DNA of 64,000 nucleotides from Patescibacteria group bacterium (GCA_018900835.1 JAHIFQ010000004.1:1-64000), one strand, 5' to 3'. Positions 26,158 through 35,911 are shown, numbered from the stretch's first letter. Translations and numbers: made by a program. Notes: generated by a model from the sequence alone, not told the origin.

Positions 26158-28722
26158 ATGACGAATAACACGAAAAAATTTATTCTGTTTATGGGGTCAA
26201 TCTTATTGGCTGTTTTTTTGTTAACAATAGTCCATTTTTCAAGAGTAAGCGCTGCTGATTTGGAAAACATATACCCAGATGTTCCTGGAGCAATAACGCC
26301 AACAACCACTGAAACGCCTCTGCCTGTATTATTAAAATATATTTATAATCTTTCTATTATCTTGGCCGGCTTTATAGCATTTGTAGTCATGGTTTGGGGA
26401 GGTGTGAAATATATTTTAGCTGGACCAAGGCCAGGAAAATTGGCAGACGCCAAGGAACAAATCACGCTCGGATTAGTAGGCATGATGCTGATTTTCGCTT
26501 CATATATGATAGTAAACACCATAAATCCTGACTTTACTAAATTAATAACAATTCTGCCCATTACTTTTACCGATACCTTTATCCCATCAAGCGATAATCC
26601 AAGTTCAATGGATGTCGGACTTTACGAGATTCCTATCGGCTCAATCATCACCTCTGAATTCGGAGCTTCCTCTTTTTTGGCAACCACTAGTCCAGATATT
26701 GACTACGCTAATACCGAATGGCCGCCTACAATCACAAGCACTAGCACCTATGATACTGATTTTCAGGGCGCTCTTTTCGGAGCGCGCCTAAGGCGAATAC
26801 ACGAAGTTGCCAGCACCACTGTGCCAGTGGCAAAAAAATTACACGATTTGAGCAACGGGCTCCATGATTTAATAAATAAATGCACTTGCATGTTCGGATG
26901 TCATGGGAATATCCTATTAATATGCGCCGTATCTACAGATTGCGGATGCGACACAGGATATTTGTGCAGTGATGACACAAAAGACAAAATGGAAAAAAGA
27001 ATAGGGGAAATCGAATCCTTAAAAGACGCTTTTAAGGCCTTCTTAAATCCCAATTCCCTTGTAGAGGATTATTATAACAATAATCAATCAGATATTGACG
27101 GCTTGGATGATGATGAAATAAAAGACCTTATCCAGATGATGATAGAGGTAGAGAATAAGGGCGGTTATAGTCCGAAAAACGACCCGCATGAAAGAGATAT
27201 TGGGAGAAATCTGCTTGAAATGACTGCTTTTATAAATGAAATGAATAAGATGAAAAGAATGCTCAACCCCTATGACCAGGATGTGGGCTATTTAAGCTTG
27301 CTTACATTCGCCGAAGCCACCACGCTGGAAGCCAATATGGATGTAAGCTCCACTATTTATAATTATTTCGCCGCCCTTCCAGCTGGGCTGGAAAAAATTG
27401 ACGAAAAAAACGACCCTGCCACTTTTTATTCAGCAGCCACTCTTCCTTTTCCATATGGGATGCCAGACGATAGACCGTATAATCAAGATGCTCCGGAACC
27501 CGATTTTCTGCCTTATTATCCAGGAGAAAGAAAAATGTCCTATCAAAAAAACATTGCTTTCGCAGCCGTACCATTCGTTCCCCCAAATGTGCAATTTGAT
27601 TTTGACACCCCTCCAAGCACGGGCGGAACCTGTAATTATATATTGGAAATCCCTATCGGCAGAGCATTAGATGAGGCAATCAATCTCGCCCAAGCAATCA
27701 ATAAAGAATTATTTAATATATTCGTCAAAGGACATATAGAAATAATCGGCGCCAATATGCTGATAAAAGCAGCAGAAAAATTCATTGACCTGAAATGCGT
27801 CGATGCCTGCATCAAGCCAACATGTGTCGGCGAACCACCTCTCGCATTATGCGTTCCACCATTCCTCTGTATGCCGACTCTCGAAACAATATTCTTGAAT
27901 GCTCAAAGTGATATTGCCATATTCCTTATTGAATTAACAACTATCCCGGGTATGAACATTGCCATAGATGATATTGAAACTTCATTCAAAAAATTGGACT
28001 CCCAGGAACCGATTTTGATAGACCGCGTGTGTAAAGACGAAAAAGGAAATTGTCGAAAAAGGAACGGAACAATTAATAATAGTAAAGTAGAAGAAAGGGA
28101 ATATACTTTAAAAGAAAAATTAATGGAGGTTCAACTTCTGCTTAATAGGTCTAGGGAGCTCGTCGGCCAGGACAAAGAAAAAAGCGTTTACGAAATCTTG
28201 TTAGAGGATTACATTGCCCTCGGTTTTGGCAAATATTATGAAGATTTGTTAAAATATATAAGGAGGATTGACGCTATTGAAAGAACCGACCTTCAGGACT
28301 GCCACATAATATCCGGAACCATCAAGAAAATAGAGGGAGAGAATTACAGCACATCATTGATGAATTGCCGAGATGCCAAGCTCCTGGACTTGATAGATTT
28401 CTATAATGAAGACATTTGCAGTCCTAATCCTTATCTTGACGCCAATTATTATTTAAAACCCGAAGCCCGCAAGTTAAGGCCTATCAGTTGTTATTGCTAT
28501 GACGAGGATGCTGACAAAAAATACTATAATAAAAAGGATTTCCCTGAACTCTACCAAAGTATAAGCATTATTGTTCCCAGTTTTATGGCTGATATAGAAG
28601 ATTTAGACACTGATGCCCTGCATGATTTGGCGCAACAATGGCAAAATGCCCGTATAGACCTCAATCATTTCTCCGGATTCGGCAATAATTATTTTTGCTG
28701 TATTAAAAATTATGAAGAATAA
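26158..28722 (+). CDS. Large Cys-rich surface protein with pilin-like (VirB2/TrbC-like) N-terminal 2-TM module
   Basis: The start is placed at MTNNTKK, because the ORF track start at 26110 overlaps the previous gene. The N-terminal ~130 aa are homologous to the next ORF (YIYN..II.AG.IA......GG..Y..AG.P....DA.EQI..GLVG.....SYMI.N.INPD). Roughly 700 aa of Cys-rich extracellular domain follow. Confidence 0.45.
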   Translation: MTNNTKKFILFMGSILLAVFLLTIVHFSRVSAADLENIYPDVPGAITPTTTETPLPVLLKYIYNLSIILAGFIAFVVMVWGGVKYILAGPRPGKLADAKEQITLGLVGMMLIFASYMIVNTINPDFTKLITILPITFTDTFIPSSDNPSSMDVGLYEIPIGSIITSEFGASSFLATTSPDIDYANTEWPPTITSTSTYDTDFQGALFGARLRRIHEVASTTVPVAKKLHDLSNGLHDLINKCTCMFGCHGNILLICAVSTDCGCDTGYLCSDDTKDKMEKRIGEIESLKDAFKAFLNPNSLVEDYYNNNQSDIDGLDDDEIKDLIQMMIEVENKGGYSPKNDPHERDIGRNLLEMTAFINEMNKMKRMLNPYDQDVGYLSLLTFAEATTLEANMDVSSTIYNYFAALPAGLEKIDEKNDPATFYSAATLPFPYGMPDDRPYNQDAPEPDFLPYYPGERKMSYQKNIAFAAVPFVPPNVQFDFDTPPSTGGTCNYILEIPIGRALDEAINLAQAINKELFNIFVKGHIEIIGANMLIKAAEKFIDLKCVDACIKPTCVGEPPLALCVPPFLCMPTLETIFLNAQSDIAIFLIELTTIPGMNIAIDDIETSFKKLDSQEPILIDRVCKDEKGNCRKRNGTINNSKVEEREYTLKEKLMEVQLLLNRSRELVGQDKEKSVYEILLEDYIALGFGKYYEDLLKYIRRIDAIERTDLQDCHIISGTIKKIEGENYSTSLMNCRDAKLLDLIDFYNEDICSPNPYLDANYYLKPEARKLRPISCYCYDEDADKKYYNKKDFPELYQSISIIVPSFMADIEDLDTDALHDLAQQWQNARIDLNHFSGFGNNYFCCIKNYEE

Positions 28723-30256
28723 AGAGATGAAAAAAATCATATTAATAATAAGTGTTTTGGTTGTCCTCTCTTGCGCAGGACTAATATACGCCCTTGAAGT
28801 AGAATATCCAACTGTAGGCGGTATGCAGGGCCCACAGGATACTGGAGTCAAATTAACAACCTATATCCGTTATATCTATAACTTTGCCATTATAAGCGGA
28901 GGACTGATTGCTTTATTGGCTTTAATTTACGGCGGATTCAGATTTTTGACTTCAGCTGGCAATCCAAGCGCTATCACAGACGCAAGAGAACAAATCTTAG
29001 CAGGACTTTTGGGATTGGTTGTTATTTTGGGTTCATATATAATACTAAACGAACTGAATCCTGACTTAGTGTCATTGAGAATCCCGGGGATTGACGCAAA
29101 CAGAAAGGGAATAATTTTATATAGTCAGGCCGGTTGCGGTGGATTGAGCGATGATGACGCTTCTATGCCCGAGGTTGCTGATATCCCTGACGGCCTGCTT
29201 TACAAAGCAATGAACAGCAGCGGATCAATAACAGATCAAGACGGAAACAGTTTTCTTCCTGTGTCTCTGTTTTCTTTTCAGGATTCAAAAGATTTAATAA
29301 TACAATTTTATTCCAATGACAAATGCGAAGGAAACACGGTTCCAGCGCCACAACTTAATTCTAACCAATGTTTAGATATCAGCGCTTCTAATCTTAAGTG
29401 CATAAAGTTCATTTGGTACAAGCCCGGGGTCTGGGTCTTCAACCAATTAGAAAATGGAGCTAATGTGCCTGACCCCGGTGACCTGCCTCTTGGATGGGAA
29501 GAAGGAAAAGAATATATAGTATTCCAGAGCAATCAAGAATCTTTACCAAACAACTTCCACGACCAAATTGTGGCTCTGGTAATCGTGCCCAGTAAAGAGT
29601 CCGAGGAAGGATTGGGGAAAAACTACGGCGTAATCGCCCACAATATCCCCGGACCCATGCTCAAAGAAAAAGGTTGGGCCCATATTTATCTGCCGGGAAA
29701 CGGTTCTGCTTCGGGTTGCCGATTATCTGGAGAGATAACTAAGTGCGGACCATTTGAAAATAATTCTTCTGATATTTCTTCGTTAACAATATTCAATATG
29801 CCCAAAGAAGGAACAGCCACTAAGGCAATAAAGGTTTGCCGAAATGACAGATGCGAGCCGCAGAGAGTCGGAGATGACTTCTTTGATGTTTATAAAGAAT
29901 ATTTTCCGGGAAGCGGACTTCAAGAAAGAACCAGTGTTTTCGGAGGAGCGGTGTCTCCCTATAACCTCGGAAGCGGAATAGTGTATGGTAAAAATCTTAA
30001 TGGTGAAAATTGGGATACTGGCAATCCTATTGTTCTTGGCAGGAATCAGGCAGACGGGGTTTCAGCTATTGAAATAGATGAAGGAGCCCGTTATCTGACG
30101 CTCCTTTACGACGAATATCTTGATTTTTCCAATATTAATACTAACACTTCGGCTGACGCAGCCATTATCAATATTTCTATGCCATCTTTGAGAACAATTC
30201 AAATGGATGGTAGAGTTGGGACAATTATAGTTATCCGAGTGGGGACAGAAGATTAA
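28712..30256 (+). CDS. Second surface protein with the same pilin-like N-terminal module, different C-terminal domain
   Basis: N-terminal motifs YIYNFAIISGGLIALLALIYGGFRFLTSAGNPSAITDAREQILAGLLGLVVILGSYIILNELNPD. Its start overlaps the upstream gene by 11 nt. Confidence 0.45.
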   Translation: MKNKEMKKIILIISVLVVLSCAGLIYALEVEYPTVGGMQGPQDTGVKLTTYIRYIYNFAIISGGLIALLALIYGGFRFLTSAGNPSAITDAREQILAGLLGLVVILGSYIILNELNPDLVSLRIPGIDANRKGIILYSQAGCGGLSDDDASMPEVADIPDGLLYKAMNSSGSITDQDGNSFLPVSLFSFQDSKDLIIQFYSNDKCEGNTVPAPQLNSNQCLDISASNLKCIKFIWYKPGVWVFNQLENGANVPDPGDLPLGWEEGKEYIVFQSNQESLPNNFHDQIVALVIVPSKESEEGLGKNYGVIAHNIPGPMLKEKGWAHIYLPGNGSASGCRLSGEITKCGPFENNSSDISSLTIFNMPKEGTATKAIKVCRNDRCEPQRVGDDFFDVYKEYFPGSGLQERTSVFGGAVSPYNLGSGIVYGKNLNGENWDTGNPIVLGRNQADGVSAIEIDEGARYLTLLYDEYLDFSNINTNTSADAAIINISMPSLRTIQMDGRVGTIIVIRVGTED

Positions 30257-30715
30257 TTAAACTGGTTTGATGATGATTTTACGGTAAGGGTCTGCGCCAA
30301 TGCTTTCGGTTTTGACATCGCTCCTATCTTTGAGTTCTATATGAACAATTCTTCTTTCATAAGCTGACATTGGTTTCAGCTCTTTTTCTTGTCTGGAAAG
30401 AGCGACATCATCAGCATAACTTTTAGCAGTATCTTTTAAATAATCAAGTTTCTTTTTCTTGTAATCATTGATATCCAAATCAATATAAAACTCTTCTTTA
30501 AATTTTTTTCTTAAAAACTTGTTCAACAGGTTCTGGATTTCAAAAAGAGTCCTGCCATTTTCGCCAATCAGGATTTGCGGTTCTTCCATTTGAATCAAAA
30601 CCGGCATTGATGAGTCAGTCATTTCCTCAACCTCTACTTTTGTTTCAAGGGTGGTTTTTTTAAAAAATTCCTGAACTGCTTTTCTCACTTTTTGGCTTAG
30701 TTTCCTTTCAAACAT
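30257..30715 (-). CDS. jag: Jag/KhpB-like KH + R3H RNA-binding protein
   Basis: KH-like ILIGENGRTLFEIQNLL and R3H MSAYERRIVHIELKDRSDVKTESIG. It sits in the conserved position after yidC. Confidence 0.65.
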   Translation of the reverse strand: MFERKLSQKVRKAVQEFFKKTTLETKVEVEEMTDSSMPVLIQMEEPQILIGENGRTLFEIQNLLNKFLRKKFKEEFYIDLDINDYKKKKLDYLKDTAKSYADDVALSRQEKELKPMSAYERRIVHIELKDRSDVKTESIGADPYRKIIIKPV

Positions 30716-30716
30716 A

Positions 30717-31445
30717 TTATTTTTTCGTTAAATAATATTTTTTTCTTATGAAAAACTGCTGGCCTGCCATAAATATCCCTGCCACGAGTAAATAAAGCCC
30801 GAGCGCAGATGGCAAACGAAAAAGAATAACAGTAATCAGGATAGGGAACAGGAATAACATTTGTTTCTGGAACATATCTGCGAAACCCGGTTTTTTGGAG
30901 GACTGCTCTTCTGATTTGTCTTTTTTAGGCATAGCAAATTTGCTTTGGAGAAAAAAGGTTATCCCTGCTATCACAGCCAAAATCGGGGACGGCTCGTTCA
31001 AATTAATTCCGAGAAACATAGGATTAATCACTTCTGGCCTCTGGACAAAACTATAAAGATAAACAAAACTTTCTTCCTGTATGCCCTGCCAAAACATCCT
31101 GTAAAGAATAAATAAAATCGGCAACTGAACAAGGGTAACAAAAAACGCTGAAAAAGGATTAATTTTTTCGGTCTTATAAAGCCCCATCATTGCTTTTGCC
31201 TGCTCCTCTTTATTGTTTTTGTATTTTGCCTGAATCTCTTTCAGTTTTGGCTGTAATGCCTGCATTGCCAACTGGGACTTGCTTGCCTTATCTTGCAAAG
31301 GATATAAAATAATCCTGATAAGCAGGGTTAAGGTGATAATTGCCACTCCAAGATTATGGCCAGGCAAATAATAACAAAGCAAAATCAAGAGATTAAACAA
31401 GGGCTGCCACAATATTACATGAAAAAAATTGGTAAAAGCATTCAT
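30717..31445 (-). CDS. yidC: Membrane protein insertase YidC (short form)
   Basis: Five TM helices and a conserved 60-kDa inner-membrane-protein core. Sits in the rpmH-rnpA-yidC order. Confidence 0.85.
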   Translation of the reverse strand: MNAFTNFFHVILWQPLFNLLILLCYYLPGHNLGVAIITLTLLIRIILYPLQDKASKSQLAMQALQPKLKEIQAKYKNNKEEQAKAMMGLYKTEKINPFSAFFVTLVQLPILFILYRMFWQGIQEESFVYLYSFVQRPEVINPMFLGINLNEPSPILAVIAGITFFLQSKFAMPKKDKSEEQSSKKPGFADMFQKQMLFLFPILITVILFRLPSALGLYLLVAGIFMAGQQFFIRKKYYLTKK

Positions 31446-31449
31446 TGGT

Positions 31450-31800
31450 TTATTTCTTTTTAATAATCCCTGATTTTAATAATAGTTCTCCGATGGTTTT
31501 TTTTATTGTCTGAAAATCAATTGTCTTGTTAACTCCGTTCAAGGCGCTGATAATAATATCTTGCCCCGGGCTTATGGCTGAAAGCATTTCTTTAATTGCT
31601 CCCCTGATTCTTCTTTTAATCAAATTTCTTTCCGTTGCTTTTGAAGCAATCTTTTTACTCACCACAATCCCTATCCGTGAAACATTGGAATCATTTGTTG
31701 TAAATTTTAAAAATAAAAAATCCTGCTTAAAGCCCTTGCCTTTTTTATAAACCCTTTCAAAATCATTTTTCTTTTTAAGACGATGGATTCTTGGCAACAT
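31450..31800 (-). CDS. rnpA: RNase P protein component
   Basis: 116 aa. Carries RIGIVVSKKI...KATERNLIKRRIR (RnpA RNR motif). Confidence 0.85.
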   Translation of the reverse strand: MLPRIHRLKKKNDFERVYKKGKGFKQDFLFLKFTTNDSNVSRIGIVVSKKIASKATERNLIKRRIRGAIKEMLSAISPGQDIIISALNGVNKTIDFQTIKKTIGELLLKSGIIKKK

Positions 31801-31809
31801 TTTATACAG

Positions 31810-31944
31810 TTATACGGTGATTCTTTTTCTTCCTTTTTTCCTTCTATTTTGCAGAATTTTCCTGCCGTCGCTTGTCGCTGACCGCTTCAAAAAGCCATGT
31901 TTTTTCTTCCTTTTCTTTTTGTTTTGTTTGTAAGTAATCGCCAT
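31810..31944 (-). CDS. rpmH: 50S ribosomal protein L34 (44 aa; below ORF-track length cutoff)
   Basis: Hand translation of the minus strand gives MAITYKQNKKKRKKKHGFLKRSATSDGRKILQNRRKKGRKRITV. It matches L34 (..K.HGF..R....GR..L..RR.KGRK.L.V) and lies upstream of rnpA. Confidence 0.8.
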   Translation of the reverse strand: MAITYKQNKKKRKKKHGFLKRSATSDGRKILQNRRKKGRKRITV

Positions 31945-32127
31945 AAATTAGTTTCATTAAAATTAATTTGTATTTTGTTTAACCAGTATAATCATTAAAG
32001 ACACATAAGTCAACCGATTTCTTCCACCCATAATCCCCATTTTATCCCCATCTTTTCAACACCATGCTTTGATTTATGCGGTAAACCATTGATTTGCCTT
32101 TTAAAAAAATATAGCATAGTATGAGAA
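31945..32127 (+). promoter_or_regulatory. rpmH-dnaA divergent intergenic region with DnaA-box-like sites (dnaA promoter region)
   Basis: TTATCCCCA (1 mismatch to TTATCCACA) near 32040 and AT-rich flanks. Confidence 0.3.
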
Positions 32128-33507
32128 TTGAGATTAACCCTCCCAAACATTATGAACAAAGAAGAGCTCTGGCAAGCTATCCTGTCCCAAATCCAGTTCA
32201 ATATATCCCAGGCGAATTTTAGCACCTGGTTTAAGAACACATACATTCTTTCAAACGATAACGGGACAATAATAATAGCTGTGCCAAACAATTTTTCAAA
32301 AGAATGGTTGGAAAGAAAATATAACAAGCTTATTTTAAATGGGTTAGAGGAATTAAATGAAAGAGTTAAGGTAATAGAATATAGGGTAGTGAATGTCCCT
32401 GCCCCCCAGATGCCAAAAAAATCTGTGAAAGCAGAAATAGCTGATATAAACCAGTTAGAATTGGAGGAACTGGCGCTTGATAAATATACTAATCTTAATC
32501 CTAGATACACTTTTGATAATTTTGTAGTCGGCCCATTTAATGAATTAGCGCATGCCGCTGGGTGGGCAGTGAGCCAAAAGCCGGGATTGGTATATAATCC
32601 ATTTTTTGTTTATGGCGGAGTAGGACTTGGTAAGACCCATCTGCTTCAAGCAATAGGGAATAAGGTCTATGGACAGTCCGCCAAAAAGAAAATTAAATAT
32701 GTTTCTTCTGAAAGATTCATATCCGGCATTATTAATTCTATAAGAAATCAAACTATTGATGAATTTAAAAACACTTACCGTGATTTTGATATGCTGATAA
32801 TTGATGATATCCAATTTCTGGCAGGCAAAGAAAAGACCCAAGAAGAATTCTTTCATCTTTTCAATATCCTATATGAATCCAATAAACAAATCATCATCTC
32901 ATCCGACAGGCCACCTAAAGCGATTTCAGCGCTGGAAGAGCGATTGCGTTCGAGATTTGAAGGCGGGATGATAACAGATATAGGAACTCCTGATTTTGAA
33001 AGCAGAATCGCGATTTTAAAACAGAAAATTCAAGAAAAAAAGGCAGGTATAAGCGGAGAGGTTTTAGAGTATATCGCCTCAAACATACAAAAGAATGTAA
33101 GGGAACTTGAGGGCGCCTTGAAATCCTTAGCTGCATGGAAACAGCTCCACAACCAAGACATTGACCTTGATTTGGCAAAAAAGGTTTTGAAAAGAACTAT
33201 AAACCCGCAACCCAAAGGACTTAATTTTCAGAAAATAATCAACACAGTGGCGGAGTTCTATAATATGAAAGATAAGGACTTGTATGTTAGCTCAAGAAAA
33301 AAAGAAATCGTTAGACCACGACAGATAGCTATGTATTTTTTGAGGGAAGAATTGAAGAGTTCTTTTCCGTTTATTGGTAAAAAATTCGGGGGCAAGGACC
33401 ACACCACAGCCATTTATGCCTGTGAAAAAATTTCAAAAGAAATAATTGAAAATGAACAATTCGCAGAAGAAATAATTCTTATCAAGGAAAAGATTTACTC
33501 TTATTAG
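32128..33507 (+). CDS. dnaA: Chromosomal replication initiator DnaA
   Basis: AAA+ Walker A GGVGLGKTHL, the sensor motifs and the C-terminal DNA-binding domain (IGKKFGGKDHTT). Confidence 0.95.
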   Translation: MRLTLPNIMNKEELWQAILSQIQFNISQANFSTWFKNTYILSNDNGTIIIAVPNNFSKEWLERKYNKLILNGLEELNERVKVIEYRVVNVPAPQMPKKSVKAEIADINQLELEELALDKYTNLNPRYTFDNFVVGPFNELAHAAGWAVSQKPGLVYNPFFVYGGVGLGKTHLLQAIGNKVYGQSAKKKIKYVSSERFISGIINSIRNQTIDEFKNTYRDFDMLIIDDIQFLAGKEKTQEEFFHLFNILYESNKQIIISSDRPPKAISALEERLRSRFEGGMITDIGTPDFESRIAILKQKIQEKKAGISGEVLEYIASNIQKNVRELEGALKSLAAWKQLHNQDIDLDLAKKVLKRTINPQPKGLNFQKIINTVAEFYNMKDKDLYVSSRKKEIVRPRQIAMYFLREELKSSFPFIGKKFGGKDHTTAIYACEKISKEIIENEQFAEEIILIKEKIYSY

Positions 33508-33768
33508 GAGAATTAACTGATGTGAATAATCTGTTAAGAAACACTGAAAAACCATGGGATAAGCGATTGGATAACAAGTGGACAAAACAAGACCTTTAAA
33601 AACCTAAAAAATTATCCAAATCTAATTAAGGGGTTATCAACTGATATATCAACTAAGTTATCAACTTTTTCTCCCCAAAACTAACCCTTGCGCAACTTAA
33701 AGAAACAATTAAAATAGAGTCGTAAACTAGACGCATAGTAGTAATAATTAATGTATTAATTAAATAAT
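33508..33768 (+). promoter_or_regulatory. Candidate oriC (dnaA-dnaN intergenic): cluster of DnaA-box-like 9-mers + AT-rich unwinding region
   Basis: ATTGGATAA (8/9 to TGTGGATAA), TTATCCAAA (8/9), three tandem (G/A)TTATCAACT repeats at about 33630-33670, and AGTGGACAA. The 3' 80 nt are more than 80% A+T. Confidence 0.5.
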
Positions 33769-34902
33769 ATGAAGATAATAATACTTAAAGAAAAATTGGC
33801 TAAAGGATTAAGTATGGTTGAGAAAATAACTGGAAGAAACTTTACTCTTCCGATTTTAAATAATGTTTTGATTTCTGCTGAAGATAACTCATTGAAATTA
33901 TCAACCACTGACCTTGAATTAGGGATTAGCTATTGGGGACTTGCGAAGGTAGAAGAAAAAGGAGAAATCACTATCCCAGTGAAAACCCTTTCTAGTTTTG
34001 TCTCTCTTATTGGAGAAGAGAAAGTGACAATAGAGAGCAAGGAAAAAACACTTTATTTAAAGGGAGAAAATTATAAGACACAGATAAAGGGGCTTGAAGC
34101 AAAGGATTTTCCAATTATCCCGGAAGTTGTTTCAGATAAATGGATTGAATTTGACGCAACTACATTTTGTAAAGGGATAATGCTTGTAATGGATTTTTGC
34201 GCACTCACTCAAGTAAGGCCTGAACTCTCTGGCTTATATTTTGTTTTTCAAAAAAATTCGGCTAAAATCGTGGCTACCGACAGTTTTCGTTTAGCGGAAA
34301 AAAGCATTGCTTTAGATGGGGCTACTCAAGGAATAGACGGTCCACAGTCATTTATTCTTCCAAGAAATGCTGCCAGGGAATTAGTCAATATTTTTTCAGA
34401 GCACAATGGAAAAATCAAGTTTTATTTATCTCCGAGTCAAATTATGGTTGAAAGCTATGTTGACGAAACCAAAAACCCACAAGCGCGCTTAGTTTCCCGT
34501 TTGATTGAAGGTGAATACCCTGATTATGAAGCAGTGATTCCAAAAGAGTTTAAAACACGGCTCACTCTTTCCAGGGAAGAATTCTCAAACCAGATTAAAA
34601 TTGCCAGTTTATTCAGCGGAAGAACGAATGAAGTAAAATTGGAAATAAGCCCTAAAAAAGGAAATGTTTTGATATCTTCGCAAAGCGTTGATTTGGGGGA
34701 AACAGAATCCAAAATGGCGATAGACGCAAGCGGAGATGATGTGGAGATAAGCTTTAATTACAAGTTTTTGTCTGAAGGATTGAATCAAATAAAATCAGAA
34801 AAAATCGTTCTTGAGCTTAATGGTCAAGACGGACCTGGTGTTTTAAAATCCAGTGACGATTCAACTTATATTTATGTAATAATGCCGATTAAGGCATCTT
34901 GA
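33769..34902 (+). CDS. dnaN: DNA polymerase III beta sliding clamp
   Basis: 377 aa with a three-domain clamp layout and the N-terminal MKIIILKEKL...NFTLPILNNVLI. Confidence 0.9.
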   Translation: MKIIILKEKLAKGLSMVEKITGRNFTLPILNNVLISAEDNSLKLSTTDLELGISYWGLAKVEEKGEITIPVKTLSSFVSLIGEEKVTIESKEKTLYLKGENYKTQIKGLEAKDFPIIPEVVSDKWIEFDATTFCKGIMLVMDFCALTQVRPELSGLYFVFQKNSAKIVATDSFRLAEKSIALDGATQGIDGPQSFILPRNAARELVNIFSEHNGKIKFYLSPSQIMVESYVDETKNPQARLVSRLIEGEYPDYEAVIPKEFKTRLTLSREEFSNQIKIASLFSGRTNEVKLEISPKKGNVLISSQSVDLGETESKMAIDASGDDVEISFNYKFLSEGLNQIKSEKIVLELNGQDGPGVLKSSDDSTYIYVIMPIKAS

Positions 34903-35195
34903 TGTTTGAGCCAATATCAAGAATTATAAGCAAGAGGGCAGACCGCTTCTCTTTTAAAAGGGAAATTTTGGCAGTAGAGGTTTGCCAGATATGGCCAAAA
35001 ATCATAGCGCGATTATTTAACAAAGAAACAGTTGATTACACTAAAGCCCTGTCTTTTAGAGATGGGGTTTTAATTGTGAGAGTCCAGAGCCCGGCATTGA
35101 TGCAGGAGTTCCAAATAGAGAATGAAAATATAATCGCTTCCCTGAACAGGGAAGCCAGAAAAAACATTATCCAGAAAATTATTTATAAGATGTGA
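34899..35195 (+). CDS. DUF721-like small protein (DciA-like?) downstream of dnaN
   Basis: About 100 aa, basic, in the dnaA-dnaN neighbourhood where DUF721/DciA genes commonly sit. The call rests on weak sequence signal only. Confidence 0.35.
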   Translation: MMFEPISRIISKRADRFSFKREILAVEVCQIWPKIIARLFNKETVDYTKALSFRDGVLIVRVQSPALMQEFQIENENIIASLNREARKNIIQKIIYKM

Positions 35196-35275
35196 AGCAG
35201 AGAATTGCTAATCAGTGTAATATATTTAGTTCAGAAGTATAGGTTGGAATAAGTGGCGATGGGGATATGTAGTCA

Positions 35276-35911
35276 TTGACAACTGTATGCTGCAGACATA
35301 CAATTGTATGTAGTGAGCAAACATTTGATATGTCTCTAAATTTTACTAAAAATCAAACATTAATTCTTGGAATCCTTTTTAATCATCCAGAAAAATCCTA
35401 TTATTTAAGAGAAATAGGCAGGTTGGTAGGGAAAGAACCGGGTGTTTTTCAAAAAGATATTAACAAATTGGTTGAGAGCGGCATTTTGACCAGCGAATAT
35501 CGCGCAAAAAGCCGCTTTTTTGCGTTAAATAAGCTGCATCCCCTATATAAAGAGTACAAAAGCATTTTTTTCAAAACAATTGGCGCGGAAGGACAACTGA
35601 AATTAATTTTGAAAAATATTGAAAATATTAAAGTAGCTTTTATCTATGGCTCATTTGCTACCGGAAAAGAAGATGCTTTTTCAGATATTGATTTGATGAT
35701 AATCGGAAATCCCGATGAAGATGTTTTAATCAGAAAAATTTCTTTACTGGAAAGAAAAATAGACAGAGAAATTAATTATAATATTTTTTCACCAACAGAT
35801 ATTAGGAATAATTTATTAAATAATGAAATTTTCCTAAAAGAAATAATGGAAAGACCCAAGGCATTCATTATCGGAGACCAAAATGAACTGGAAGAAATTA
35901 TTGGAAAATAA
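35276..35911 (+). CDS. wHTH-fused minimal nucleotidyltransferase (MNT-type antitoxin)
   Basis: wHTH (LREIGRLVGKEPGVFQKDINKLVESGIL) plus the NTase motif FIYGSFATGKEDAFSDIDLMIIG (GS...D.D). Confidence 0.6.
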   Translation: MTTVCCRHTIVCSEQTFDMSLNFTKNQTLILGILFNHPEKSYYLREIGRLVGKEPGVFQKDINKLVESGILTSEYRAKSRFFALNKLHPLYKEYKSIFFKTIGAEGQLKLILKNIENIKVAFIYGSFATGKEDAFSDIDLMIIGNPDEDVLIRKISLLERKIDREINYNIFSPTDIRNNLLNNEIFLKEIMERPKAFIIGDQNELEEIIGK

